DNA of 64,000 bases from Octopus vulgaris (lineage: Eukaryota): the NCBI GenBank assembly GCA_951406725.2, contig OX597816.1:106702001-106766000 (forward strand), given 5' to 3'. This document shows, piece by piece, positions 52,471 through 64,000 of this stretch. Position 1 is the first letter of the stretch. Each line of letters opens with the position of its first letter. Both the position numbers and the translations under genes were made by a program. The notes under the pieces were generated by a model. That model ran no database searches. It was not told the origin of the DNA and saw only the letters and a program-made list of their open reading frames with translations.

Positions 52471-52586
52471 TTGAGTAAACCACTCAATGAACGAACCTAT
52501 AATGACTATCAAAACAGTCGAAAGAGCTGAACGTCGAATCTACTACAATATAAGAATATATAATAACCATTATTTATACATTGGCT

Positions 52587-52620
<34 letters not shown>

Positions 52621-52895
52621 TGTGTGTGTGTGTGTGTGCGTGTGTGTGTGCGTGTGTGTGTTAATGCCACATCGCCCGAAGAAATGAACCCATGAATATG
52701 ACCCCGATGTCCACGGACTGTATTGTGATCATCCCAGGAATACAGACTATGATCGTAAGAAACATATGATTTGTAGAAATGTGCGTAGCGATGCGTTAAA
52801 ATATTTATAAATTCCATCCACAGATTATTATTATTATTATTACTATTATTATTATTATTATTGTTGTTGTTGTTGTTGTTGTTATTATTATTACC

Positions 52896-53007
<112 letters not shown>

Positions 53008-53180
53008 CACATATATATAAAAGAAGATAACTGTGAACAAGTTTCGGTAAGATTGGAGCTCATCAGCTAAATGTAGTTTACTTAAGCTAATCCAAGCGGC
53101 TATGCTCGTATTATAAATGGTATAAGGTAAGGGGAAAATTTCAGTGAGCCAATGGCATGAATTAACTTACGTTTTAATTC

Positions 53181-53261
<81 letters not shown>

Positions 53262-53308
53262 TGTATGTATGTATATATTTAAAAAAGGAGATGTGGAACA
53301 CGAGTTGT

Positions 53309-53646
53309 GATATATATAAAAAGGAAATGAAGAAAATGCTGACAAAATAATTTAAGTAAGGGAGAGTGTATTTAATTAGGTGAAAGTTCTTTTTACCGGT
53401 TGCGCATTTGTTATGCTTATCAAAAGATATTTTGAGAGAGATAGAGTTCCTTTCTGATGGATTTTTTTCTCTTATCTGGATAAGAGAAAAAAATCCATCA
53501 GAAAGGAACTCTATCTCTCTCAAAATATCTTTTGATAAGCATAACAAATGCGCAACCGGTAAAAAGAACTTTCACCTAATTAAATACATTCTCCCTTACT
53601 TAAATTATTTTGTCAGCATTTTCTTCATTTCCTTTATATATATATC
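53309..53646. repeat. near-perfect 338-bp palindrome, probably a Penelope-like inverted fragment
   Basis: 168-bp arms (53309-53476 / 53479-53646) with a 2-nt spacer and 2 mismatches seen. Embedded in TA/TG microsatellites. Confidence 0.9.
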
Positions 53647-53705
<59 letters not shown>

Positions 53706-53709
<4 letters not shown>

Positions 53710-54030
53710 GTAATAGGTGACAATTATTCGGTAGCCATGATAAAACTCCGAGTTTCGGATGCCATATGAATTAATCTCAAATTTTATTTAATTTGCTTTG
53801 CGGGAGCAACTGTTTTATCGAAAGCATATATTGTTGTTAAATGCTCGAAATACGAGAGTAGAAAAACAGCCAACAACTGATGAAGGGTCTTTCTTTATGT
53901 TGCTTGTATTGTTTTCCATTTGTGTCTTTCGTTGTTCGAAAAAATATTTCAGATTCCATGTACTCGTACTTCGTATTTTTTGTTGTACACGTTTCGTGAC
54001 GTCCTGTGTCCACATATGCATATATATATA
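53706..54030. repeat. dispersed repeat between microsatellites, possibly Penelope-like
   Basis: Its 3' part resembles 953-1100. It contains CTGATGAAGGG and, on the minus strand, GGCATCCGAAACTCGGAGTT (half-hammerhead-like). Confidence 0.4.
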
Positions 54031-54081
54031 TATATATATATACGTATAGTTGTAAGTATGTACATATAACGTATGTATATA

Positions 54082-54113
<32 letters not shown>

Positions 54114-54114
54114 C

Positions 54115-54268
54115 TCTTGGCTCTATTGTTAAGAAACTCGCTTTGGAAACACGTGGTTTCGGGTTCCATCTCACTGCACGATACCTTGGACATGTATGTT
54201 CTACTATAGCCCCTTTCAAACCAATGCCTTGTGAGTAATTTGGTAGACGGAGACTTTAGAAAACCGCA

Positions 54269-54270
<2 letters not shown>
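54115..54270 (+). mobile_element. SINE family B 5' half
   Basis: GGTTTCGGGTTCCATCTCACTGC...GCCTTGTGAGTAATTTGGTAGACGG. Confidence 0.72.
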
Positions 54271-54349
<79 letters not shown>

Positions 54350-55027
54350 CGTACAGAGAGAGAAAGAGAGATATGGGAGTATTAAAACAATTCGTGAAAG
54401 AAGACAAACGCACACATGTACATAAACATATCCTCTTTCAAAATTTGCTTTCATTCTCTCCTCCCCACCCTCTGTCTCTTCATCTCTCCCCCTTTCTTTC
54501 TGCATTTTTCTTTCTACACATGTTCTTCAATTTCTCGGCATCTCCTCTCGCAGCCTGTCATCTAATCTATCTTGTAATAACCACACATAAGGGTTTGTTC
54601 GTGTGGGGGATAACATAAACATGATATCTTAAATATATATGGATCGTTTCATACCCGAAGGTTTTCGTCGCTCACAAACCAAGAACGAGAATATTCTTGT
54701 AACATCGAAAAATTACCACCGTACATTTTATTTAACTGATCAAGGAGGAGGAATGGGAACAAATTATTGGAGTAGTTATGAAGAGGTGTTATGCAAATGA
54801 GAGAAGTTTAATTTTACTTTAAGCCAATAAATATTTTTCCTTTAAACAATTAGTATTCATTTCATCATTTTAGTATGAGTACCAAAAAACTAATTTAAAC
54901 TATAATTAATATCTGTATGCCATATTTCCTGATATTAACCCTGGTGGCAAAAGAAGACTTACCAAATTTAACTGTCATACGACAGGTATCACTCTAGTAC
55001 ACACGCTATACGTATAAATGCGCTGAT

Positions 55028-55245
55028 GGTTGTGTTTGTGGTGGGACAAACGCAGATGCAAAGAAACATACACACACATATATACAACGGGTTTCTACAC
55101 AGTTTCCGTCTACCAAATTCGCTCTCAAGGCTGTAGTTGAGTTAGCCTGAGGCTATAGTAGAAGAAATTTGCTCAAGGTGTTCCGAGGTGGGACTGAACC
55201 CGAAACCAAGTGGTTGCAAAGTCTTAACTACACAGTCATGTCTGT
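55028..55245 (-). mobile_element. SINE family B partial
   Basis: CAGTTTCCGTCTACCAAATTC...GGGACTGAACCCGAAACC. Confidence 0.75.
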
Positions 55246-55734
55246 GTGTTTACATATATTTATGCATAGCTAGTTAGAATCCAAATAAATAAATGGAAAA
55301 CAAAATTTCGGTTGAGAAGATAGATAACAGAAGAAGAATTAAGACAAGAGCTAGAAGACGGAAGATAATGGAATAAAAGCAAGAATAAAGAAGATAGATT
55401 AGAAAAAAAGACAGAAAGAGCAGAAGCAAGAATTCCGAAGACAAAATACTTAAGAAATGTGTGAAAAAAAAAAAAAAAAAAAGGAAAAAGTAAGACTATG
55501 GGAACAGGAATAGTAAAGAGGGCAGGAGGTAGACGATGAAGAAGACCGAATAAGACTACGAGGATACAAAAGTTTGGATAATACCGAAAAAGAGGAATTT
55601 GAAGAGATGAGACAAGGAGCGAAAGCCGAAGAAGAAAAAAATATAGAAGGCAGAAAAAAGTCAAGCATGTAGAATACAGAAGAAGAAGAAAAAAAAAAGA
55701 AAGAAATAGGTAAAGGAATAGCATTCAGAAAAAA

Positions 55735-55944
55735 TTCTAATTTACGCACAATGCCAGCAATTTGAGGGAAGGACGGTTTAGTCGATGCCATCGACCCCAG
55801 TACTTGATTGGTACCTTATTTTTATCGACCCTTGAGTGGTGACAGGCAAAAATTACTTCGGGGAAATTTGAACTCAAACGTAAATTTAAAAGGCCGGAAT
55901 AAATACCGCTGGGGATTTTAACAATTCTGTCTGTTCGTTGCCCT
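55735..55944 (-). mobile_element. SINE family A
   Basis: ATCGACCCCAGTACTTGATTGGTAC...AATTTGAACTCA. Confidence 0.72.
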
Positions 55945-56032
55945 TTATGAGAAGAAAATTTGAGGAAAGTTCAGTGACACAGAAGCTATTAAAATACAAG
56001 CCTAATAATTTCATTGGATGTACTTAGGGAAA

Positions 56033-56252
56033 CCATGTTTTCTGGCATACAAGTCGACGTAATATATAGTGTAAACATGTAGTGTAAACATGTAGTGTAA
56101 ACATTCAAACATGGTCTCTATCTTTCCAAATCCTGCTGCATTTCACATGGAATTTTTGGTCCTCCAAAGTCATCTTGGTGTATATGTCGATCCACGTTTT
56201 TTGCTGGTAAATTTTGGTCTGAAAAATTCGACTTGTATGTCGAATGATACGG
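56033..56252. mobile_element. Tc2/pogo-like MITE, uninterrupted copy
   Basis: Termini CCATGTTTTCTGGCATACAAGTCGA / TCGACTTGTATGTCGAATGATACGG|TA. Contains the 13-bp unit TAGTGTAAACATG three times. Confidence 0.7.
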
Positions 56253-56764
56253 TAAGGCATCATTTTAATTTGATGCATTAGCGCAAGGTAACACGTTTAT
56301 GAGGTAAGACATACACAATGAAACTGGAATCCCGCTAATTAAGCGGTTCGGGGGGAAAAAACTCAAAACTCAGAATAACTACACATCTCACCTCCAAACT
56401 ATTAACCTTCTCCACAAAGCTCGGTTGAGACCCACCATGAAGTGAGTACGCCTCTCACATCTAGGATGGTTCTACTGCTGCTGCTGTTGCTACTACTGCT
56501 GATACTGCCGCTGTTACTGCACACACACAATCACAGATATCCCAGATCATATCCTGATATCCCAGATCATATCCTGAGAAAAATCACTCTACTGATTGGC
56601 AGTATACCTGTAGAGCTTCTACTTTACGACTATACTGTCTCTTCTCCTTACTTTTCTCTCGCAACTACTCTTAGATAGGACTGGTATCGTGCTACCTCCA
56701 CTCAGGCATCTTCGACTCGTCTCCCCTGCTCTTGTCACCCATTTTTTTTACCCAACCCCCAAGC

Positions 56765-57158
56765 CAGCGCTGGATTAACCATTAAGCAAAAAAAGCACGT
56801 GCTTAGGGCCTCAAGGGAAGGGTGCACACCGAAATGGGAAATGGTTTACGGCACAAAAGAAATCACTTTAAATTTGCTAAAATAATATTCGAAGTTGTTT
56901 ATACAATCGGAGATATAATTTCGAAGTGTTCATGGCATCATAAAGAGGATCTAATTAAAGGCTTTGCAATTAAAAAATGTAGGAGAAAACTTTTCAAATA
57001 TAAAGTGGAAGTACCCAAAAATAAACATTATTTTCTATCTTAGTTTTAGCTTTGTTTCATTTTGAAGCATAAAACTTATTTTATGGTTTATTATTGTTTA
57101 TATTTTGAATTACATATATACGGAGGAACCAAAATCTATGGGTCTTATTCCGGCCCTG
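56765..57158. mobile_element. hAT MITE
   Basis: TIRs CAGCGCTGGATTAA / TTATTCCGGCCCTG and 8-bp TSD CCCCAAGC/CTCCAAAC (6/8). Confidence 0.72.
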
Positions 57159-57442
57159 CTCCAAACCCTGCACTGAGCACTCTGCCCATTATGAGCACTC
57201 TCCAGAATGCCAGAGCTCTGGAAATTTTCCCCCTCACATAGCTTCCCTCCTGTCGTAAACAAAACGTTGACAGCATTGATCTCTCTGGTCTTCGAAAGCT
57301 TGAGAAAGTTGTTTGCACTAACTCTCCTACTGGATCTAACTATTTGTATAAGAAATGTATGTATACGTCTTTCGGTTTCTGTACATGTATGAGTGTATAT
57401 ATTCGTTTGGATCAATATGTGTATGAACGTAATAGTGTGTGT

Positions 57443-57497
<55 letters not shown>

Positions 57498-57597
57498 GTA
57501 TGTGTTCTTGCTAAATGATTAAGGAATCTGCTTCTCAATGATGGATCCAGGTCGGCATTATGAGAAAATGTTCATTCTTTTTTCTTTCTTCACTATA

Positions 57598-57720
<123 letters not shown>

Positions 57721-57778
57721 TATATATATATATATATATGTATACATTTATGCATTTATGTTGATGTGTATGCGTGAA

Positions 57779-58090
57779 GGCGCATGGCTTAGTGGTTAAG
57801 GATATTCGGCTCATGGTCGTAAGGTCGTGAGTTCAATACCCAGCGGCACGTTGTGTCCTTGAGCAAAGCACGTTATTTTTCGTTGCTCCAGTTCACTCAG
57901 CTAGCAAAAAATGAGTTAAACCCGTAATTCAAACGACCAGCCTTATCACATTCTATGTCACACAGAATCTCCATGCGAACTACGTGAAAGTTACGCGTGT
58001 CTGTGAAGTGTCTGTTAATTTCACCATCAGGCTGTTCCGTTGACCGAATCAACTGGAACCTTCGTCGTCGTATCCGACCGTGTGTCAGTT
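57779..58090 (+). mobile_element. tRNA-SINE, family C head with alternative tail
   Basis: GGCGCATGGCTTAGTGGTTAAGG...GAGTTCAATACC...GTGTCCTTGAGCAA. Confidence 0.85.
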
Positions 58091-59267
58091 TATATATATC
58101 TACGTTCTTTTCTGTTTTTAATTATTTAAATTCTTCCACTGAATGTAGGGAACAAAAACAATGTCTCATTTAAAACGTCCACTGGCAGATTGTATTACAA
58201 TGTACGAGTTGGTTGATTTCTTTTTCTGGAAACCCTAGCTTATCGAGATTGTCATTTAGGCATTTACTCCAGTATTCTTAAAGGCATGTTAGTCTAGCTG
58301 TTTGGGGTTTGTATGGGCGGTCACGCTGCCGTCACGTTAGGTATTGTTCACTTCGCTTTTCAGCACCAAGTTAATGGTTTAGAAAGTGCTGTCTAAGAGA
58401 GACTATATGACATTCAAAGGTTGTCTGCACCGATCTCGAGCCTCCACCTTCTTTATTTCATCTTAGGTAGAGCCTATCAATACCATTATTTCCGTGTGGA
58501 TTTCTACTTGGTGTCAGTATCTTGCAGCTTTTAACATCTATGGAATTAATTTCTACTTCAAACCGGTCAAGAATTCCAAATTCTGGAATCAGCTCTGGTA
58601 CTGCAAATGCATTGTGGGATATTTTCTTGTTGTAAGTGGTGACTTCTGACTGCTAAATTTTTCTATGTATCTATGTGTGTATGCATTTATGCATGTATAT
58701 GCGTGTGTGTAATGGAGGGTGGATGTATTAATTGGATAAGTTCTACAGAACTTAGAAATGTAAGGTAAACTTATATGAGTGTTTTTTTTTTTTTTGTGAA
58801 ACCACATTTTAATCACCCAGTGAAAAGTAGGTAAAGTGGTTAACCGACAATTTTTTTTTTCTACAATCAATAAAAAATTAAAATAAATAAAGAGATCGCT
58901 TCATCAGAGATCAGTTACTCATTTCACTAACCACAGAAAAACTTGTAGCCGATAGCTATTTATTGTATATACAAACTTATACAGAACTAAATTGGTCTGC
59001 CTAATTTGCATAACAGAACGGACATTGACAAAGTTAATCAAATAATAGAAGCGCTACATAGGCTTGGGTAAATACACATATAACCACAACTTACCAGAGT
59101 GTGTTTTTTGTAAACACATTTTCAGCTTCCCTCCTACTCTCCCCTGTCTCCCCCTCTCTTTCTCTCTTATTATACATACACGCGCGCGCACATACATACA
59201 CACACACACACCCACACATCACGGTATCGACTAAACTATTGGATGTTGTTCTACACTGCTGGTCCAG

Positions 59268-59495
59268 TGTGCTTCCACGCCTTGTTGTTGCCTTCGAATG
59301 ATGCTATCCCACTGGCTGGACGGGGCAGGACGACATTCCACCTGAAAGGAGAGTCAGTTCCTTGCAATGGTTAACCATTTGCATGCTGAATGGTCTGGAG
59401 CAACGTGACATGAAGCATTTTGCTCACGAGCACAAGGCACCGACAGTTTGGGAATCGAAACCACGATCTTGCGATCATGCACTTACTCAAGCACG
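59268..59495 (-). mobile_element. tRNA-SINE, family C head, diverged
   Basis: CTGGAGCAACGTGACATGAAGCATTTTGCTCA...GGAATCGAAACCACGATCTT. Confidence 0.72.
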
Positions 59496-60250
59496 TGTGT
59501 GCATACAAACGCACGCACACACATACACGCACACATAAACACTCATACGCATACACTCAGGCACGCACACATACACACATACACGCACGCACGCACACAC
59601 ACACACTCACACACACACATGCATGCGCGCACGCGCACACTGATTGATTTCAGTCATTGGATGGCGACCATACGAAATCATCACGCAAAAGTGTTTTAGT
59701 CGTTCGTATCGACGTAGTACCATTTTCAAAATGCATAATTATTTTATCATTTTATTGATCCCCATTTATTGACTGGCTAAGTTGCATTAGCATGCGACTT
59801 ACCTCGCCGGTTTACACAAACACGCTCTCGTAGGCTCACAAGGTCACCATCAACCCACACCATGACCAATTACATGTACAACACTATTGAACATAAAACA
59901 AATCAAAGCAAAATAAAATAACATTAATGTACAAGGTACCCATTTATCTGAAATTACCATAAAAAAATAGACGATTAATGGTAGAAACCAGAGCCGTTTT
60001 AGCAGTATTGTAGGCCTCTAGGCAAATCACTGCATTGGGCCGTATAGTATTTACTTCTTGACAGTAGCAACAGTATATATAAATCAGAATTGGGGCCCTA
60101 GATCTGTGATGCCTCCGGGCAACTGCCCAGTGTGCACATGCCTTCGGATGTCGCAGGTAGAAACATTACTCTTGACTCAACGAAATGCTAACTTAAACAT
60201 GCAAACAACACCTACACATCATAAATTTTAAAAAATAGATATGTAATTGT

Positions 60251-60396
60251 AGGCACAGGCGTGGCTGTGTGGTAAGAAGCCTACTTCCCAACCACATGGT
60301 TCCGGATTGAGCCACACTGCGTAGCACCTTGGGAAAGTGTCCTCTACTATAGCTTCGGACCGACCAAAGCCTTGTGAGTGGATTTGGTAGACGGAA
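60251..60396 (+). mobile_element. SINE family B 5' half
   Basis: GGCACAGGCGTGGCTGTGTGGTAAGAAGC...GGATTTGGTAGACGGAA. Confidence 0.85.
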
Positions 60397-60421
60397 TAAT
60401 AATTATTATTATTAATTATTA

Positions 60422-60457
<36 letters not shown>

Positions 60458-60458
60458 G

Positions 60459-60787
60459 AGACCCCCTTCGGTCATGACTGACTGTGGGATTGCACCTAGA
60501 AAGTTACCCTCCAGGCACAAGTCCGAGCAACGTTGTTTATGGAGGACCAGCAGTCGCCCATGCATACTGGCCTCCCCTCTCCACGCCACCAGTGTTATCC
60601 AAGGGAAAAGCAACAGCAGATACAGCTTGGCACCTGTGGCGTCGCAACTCATTTCTACAGATGAGTGAACTGGTACAACGTGAAATAAAGTGTCTTGCTC
60701 AAGAACACAACACGCAGCCCGGTCCGGGATTCGAGCTCACAACCTCACGATAGTAAGCTCGACGCTGTAACCGCTGAGCCATGCGCC
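60459..60787 (-). mobile_element. SINE family C, full length, in an (ATT)n tract
   Basis: Reverse-complement homolog of 25758-26100. Confidence 0.88.
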
Positions 60788-60849
<62 letters not shown>

Positions 60850-60924
60850 ATTATTAATATTATTATTATTAATATCATCATCATCATCGTCATCATCATC
60901 ATTATCATTATCATCATCATTATC

Positions 60925-60978
<54 letters not shown>
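60788..60978. repeat. compound (ATT)n/(ATC)n/(ATCATT)n microsatellite
   Basis: Directly visible. Confidence 0.95.
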
Positions 60979-60979
60979 T

Positions 60980-61228
60980 AAACAGCGAGCTGGCAGAACT
61001 GTAATCACGGTTTGGACAAAGTGCTTAGAAGTATTTCTTCTAGTTTTACGTTCTGAGTTCAAATTCAGCCGACATCGACTTTACCTTTCATTCTTTCGGG
61101 GTTGATGAACTAAGTACCAGTCAAGTACTGAGGTCGATGTAATCGATTAGCTCCCTCCACGAAAAAGAAAAAAAAAAAAAGAAAAAAGAAAATCAGGTCT
61201 TATGCATAAAGTAGGAAGGATTATTATT
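60980..61228 (+). mobile_element. SINE family A
   Basis: GCGAGCTGGCAGAA...TTACGTTCTGAGTTCAAATTC...AAGTACCAGT. Confidence 0.8.
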
Positions 61229-61534
61229 AATAGTCAACTAGTTAACCATTTAACCAATTAACTAATGGTTTGATTGATTGACCAAACGATAAATCAAATA
61301 ATTGATCAGTTAATTGGTTAACTAGTTAACTAATAATTAAAAACACTGTTTAACAGCTCAACTTTATCTCCCTCTCTATCTCACACACAAACACACACAC
61401 GTACACACACTTGTACACACACATACACACACACACACATACACACTATTTTGATAAAGGGACACAACGCGGTTCTGGATAGAGCAAAAGACGAAGAAAC
61501 TCTTAGCTGGAAAACCATCGATCATGTCTGAACT

Positions 61535-61750
61535 AAGTTTAAACAACAACAGCAACAACATCATCATCATCTTCACCAACAACAACAACAACAACAGCAG
61601 CAGCAGCCGTTCAAGAATTTGGAGCTGGAGATCTTCATTTCCAGCGACTTCGAGGGCCACCTCCCAGTGGTGTCGGACATCAACGAAGAGCCCTCAACTA
61701 CAAGACAACCAAAGTATTTTTTTCCAAGGTCTGGGGTCTCCCGCCCCTAA
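61535..61750 (+). other. candidate coding exon (polyQ/polyH then unique sequence), unidentified
   Basis: Frame KFKQQQQQHHHHLHQ10PFKNLELEIFISSDFEGHLPVVSDINEEPSTTRQPKYFFPRSGVSRP* has a strong third-position G/C bias. No recognisable domain and weak splice signals. Confidence 0.25.
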
Positions 61751-61917
61751 GCCCTAGACCTTATCACCCTTACCCGCCTTGTTGCTTAACAACAACAACA
61801 ACAACAAGCAGCAGTAGCAGCAACAGCCTCAGCATGAACAACTAGAAAGCTTCTGCGCGGTCGTTTGATCGGCTAGATAGCGTAGCCAAACAACCCTACT
61901 ATCTTTTATGTTATATT

Positions 61918-62121
61918 TGTTTTAGTCATTCGACTGTTGTCATGCTGGGGCTCAATCTTGAAGGGTTTAATCGAAAAAATAGACCCTAGTACTTAGTTTT
62001 AAAGTCTGATAATTATTCTATCTCATCCTTTTGTCGAACCGCTAAGTTACGAGGGTGCATAAACAAAGCAACACTGGCTGTGAAGCGGTAGTGGGACAAA
62101 CACGAACACAAAGACACATAC

Positions 62122-62152
<31 letters not shown>

Positions 62153-62825
62153 TGTATGTATGTATGTATGTATGCATGTGTATGTATGTATGCATGTATG
62201 TATATATGTATGCATGTATGTATGTATGTATGTATGTATGTATGTATGTATGTATGTATGTATGTATGTATGTATGTATGTATGTATGTATGTATGTATG
62301 TATGTATGTATGTATGTATGTATGTATGTATGTATGTATGTATGTATGTATGTATGTACGTACGTACGTACGTATGTATGTATGTATGTACGTACGTATG
62401 TATGTATGTATGTATGTATGCACGTGTGCATGTATGTATGTATGTATGTATGTATACATGCATGTATGTATGTATGTATGTATGTATGTATGTATGTATG
62501 TATGTATGTATGTATGTATGTATGTATGTACGTATGTATGTATGCATGTATGCATGTATGCATGTATATATGTATGTATCTATGCATGTATGCATGTATG
62601 TATGTATGTATGTATGTATGTATGTATGTATGAGGATGTATGTACGTGTGTGTATGTCTGTACGCACGACGGGGCAGGTTTCTTTCAGTTTACCAAATCT
62701 ACTCATAAGGCTTTGATCGTCCTGGGGCTATATTAGAAAACACTTGCCTAAGGTGTCAGACTATAAAACTGAAACCGAAATCATGTGGTTGGGAAGCACA
62801 CTTCTTACCACACAACCGTGCCTGT
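61918..62825 (-). mobile_element. SINE family B with ~510-bp internal (TATG)n expansion
   Basis: The 3' half (61918-62120) and 5' half (62665-62825) flank the satellite. Confidence 0.82.
62124..62631. repeat. (TATG)n satellite
   Basis: Directly visible, with TACG/TGCA variant units. Confidence 0.97.
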
Positions 62826-63119
62826 ACTTACAATGTTAAATAAAGGGGGCACATTAGAATATATAATCACAGATATTTCTGATAAACAAGATGGCCACGG
62901 TCGGAATGCGTTTGATCAAATGGTGGTCCTGCAGCTTAACAATAAACAATAATCAGCCGCCCAACGAAGCTGTTATGCGGTCATTCGACTTGCTTGATAT
63001 AGTAGCTAACTTCCTAAATATTGTCACCACAATTCTTTTCATCATCATCGTCATCGTCGTCGTCATCATCATCATGATCATCACCATCATCACCACCACC
63101 ACCAACACCAACACCACGG

Positions 63120-63385
63120 TACTTATTTTTAAAGTTTGGTACTTATTCTATTGGTGTCTTTTGCCGAACTGCTAAGAGTTACAGACACGTAAACACCAAC
63201 ACCGGTCGTCAAGCGGTTGGACACACACACACTTGGGTTTCTTTCAGTTTCCATCTATCAAAACCACCCACAAGTCCAAGACTATAGTAAAAGACACCTG
63301 CTCTAGGTGCCACGCAGTGGAACTGAACCCGGAACTATGTGTTTGGAAAGCAAACTTCTTACCACACAGCCCTGCCTGCGTCTAT
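63120..63385 (-). mobile_element. SINE family B
   Basis: GGTGCCACGCAGTGGAACTGAACCCGGAAC...CTTACCACACAGCC. Confidence 0.8.
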
Positions 63386-64000
63386 CCATGCCTGCACATT
63401 ACATGACTACTATCAATATTATCATCACCATCATCATCACCACCACCAACATCATCATCACCATCAATGTCATCGTCGTCACCACCAATAGCGAACGTCA
63501 CAACCACCACACAACGAATTGACTTTCTAATTTTCTGCCCATTAAGTTTTGACGCTTTCAGTTTCTGTTTAAATTTCATATTTTAGTTTGGAAACAACTT
63601 TTGAACATTTTTCATTATTTAGTGAACATTTTCTTTTTCTTATTTTAAATTTGTTTTTCATTTCTTTTTCACCTTGTATCACGTAATATCAAACACGCTT
63701 TCCTCTTCTCTTCTTCTTTTATCTTTCTCTACCTCTCTGTCCCCCCCTATCTCTTACTTTCACTTTCGCTCTTTCTCACTCACATTTTCACCTTACACCA
63801 CTATTATTACCTCCTTCCCTTTTCACTGTTCACTCCCTCGTTGATCTGTCTCTATCTTTCATTCATACTTTCCCGCTTGCATCATTTTATATTATCTCCC
63901 TCTTCTCTTTACTCTTCACATCATCTTTTTCTTTCTAACGCTTTTCATTCATTTTTCACTCACTCACTCACTCACATTGTACTCTTCTTGGACTTATATT

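Noticed and set aside
53179-53707. Two near-identical ORFs on opposite strands (MLCLSKDILRE...)
   Set aside because: An artefact of the palindrome; both run into microsatellite.
55260-55791. Hydrophobic minus-strand ORFs of 154 and 113 aa
   Set aside because: Low-complexity purine-rich tract overlapping a SINE tail; no domain signal.
60695-61105. polyL/polyI/polyN/polyD ORFs
   Set aside because: Trinucleotide microsatellite between two SINEs.
62013-62736. ORFs of 180-219 aa
   Set aside because: Translations of the (TATG)n satellite inside a SINE.

Overview
AT-rich eukaryotic non-coding DNA, intronic or intergenic. It is most likely from an octopus (cephalopod) genome, inferred from the SINE families and the extreme (TA)n/(CA)n/(TACA)n microsatellite load. 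No host protein-coding gene is confidently supported, and almost all long ORFs in the track are microsatellite artefacts. There is one weak exon candidate near 61.5-61.75 kb. The window is a dense transposon landscape. It holds dozens of tRNA-type SINE copies from at least three families (some as concatemers), a defective Tigger/pogo element with an internal inversion, two mariner relics, hAT, Merlin, Tc2/pogo-like and Kolobok-like MITEs, and a non-autonomous Helitron. It also holds RTE, R4/Dong and Hero LINE fragments, and probable Penelope-like fragments. The most notable signals are several hammerhead-ribozyme-like motifs, two long near-perfect palindromes in TA microsatellites, a microhomology-bounded inversion in the Tigger DDE domain, and a mariner relic resembling mammalian MARNA. 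Family names are from recognition, not database searches, and SINE boundaries are approximate.
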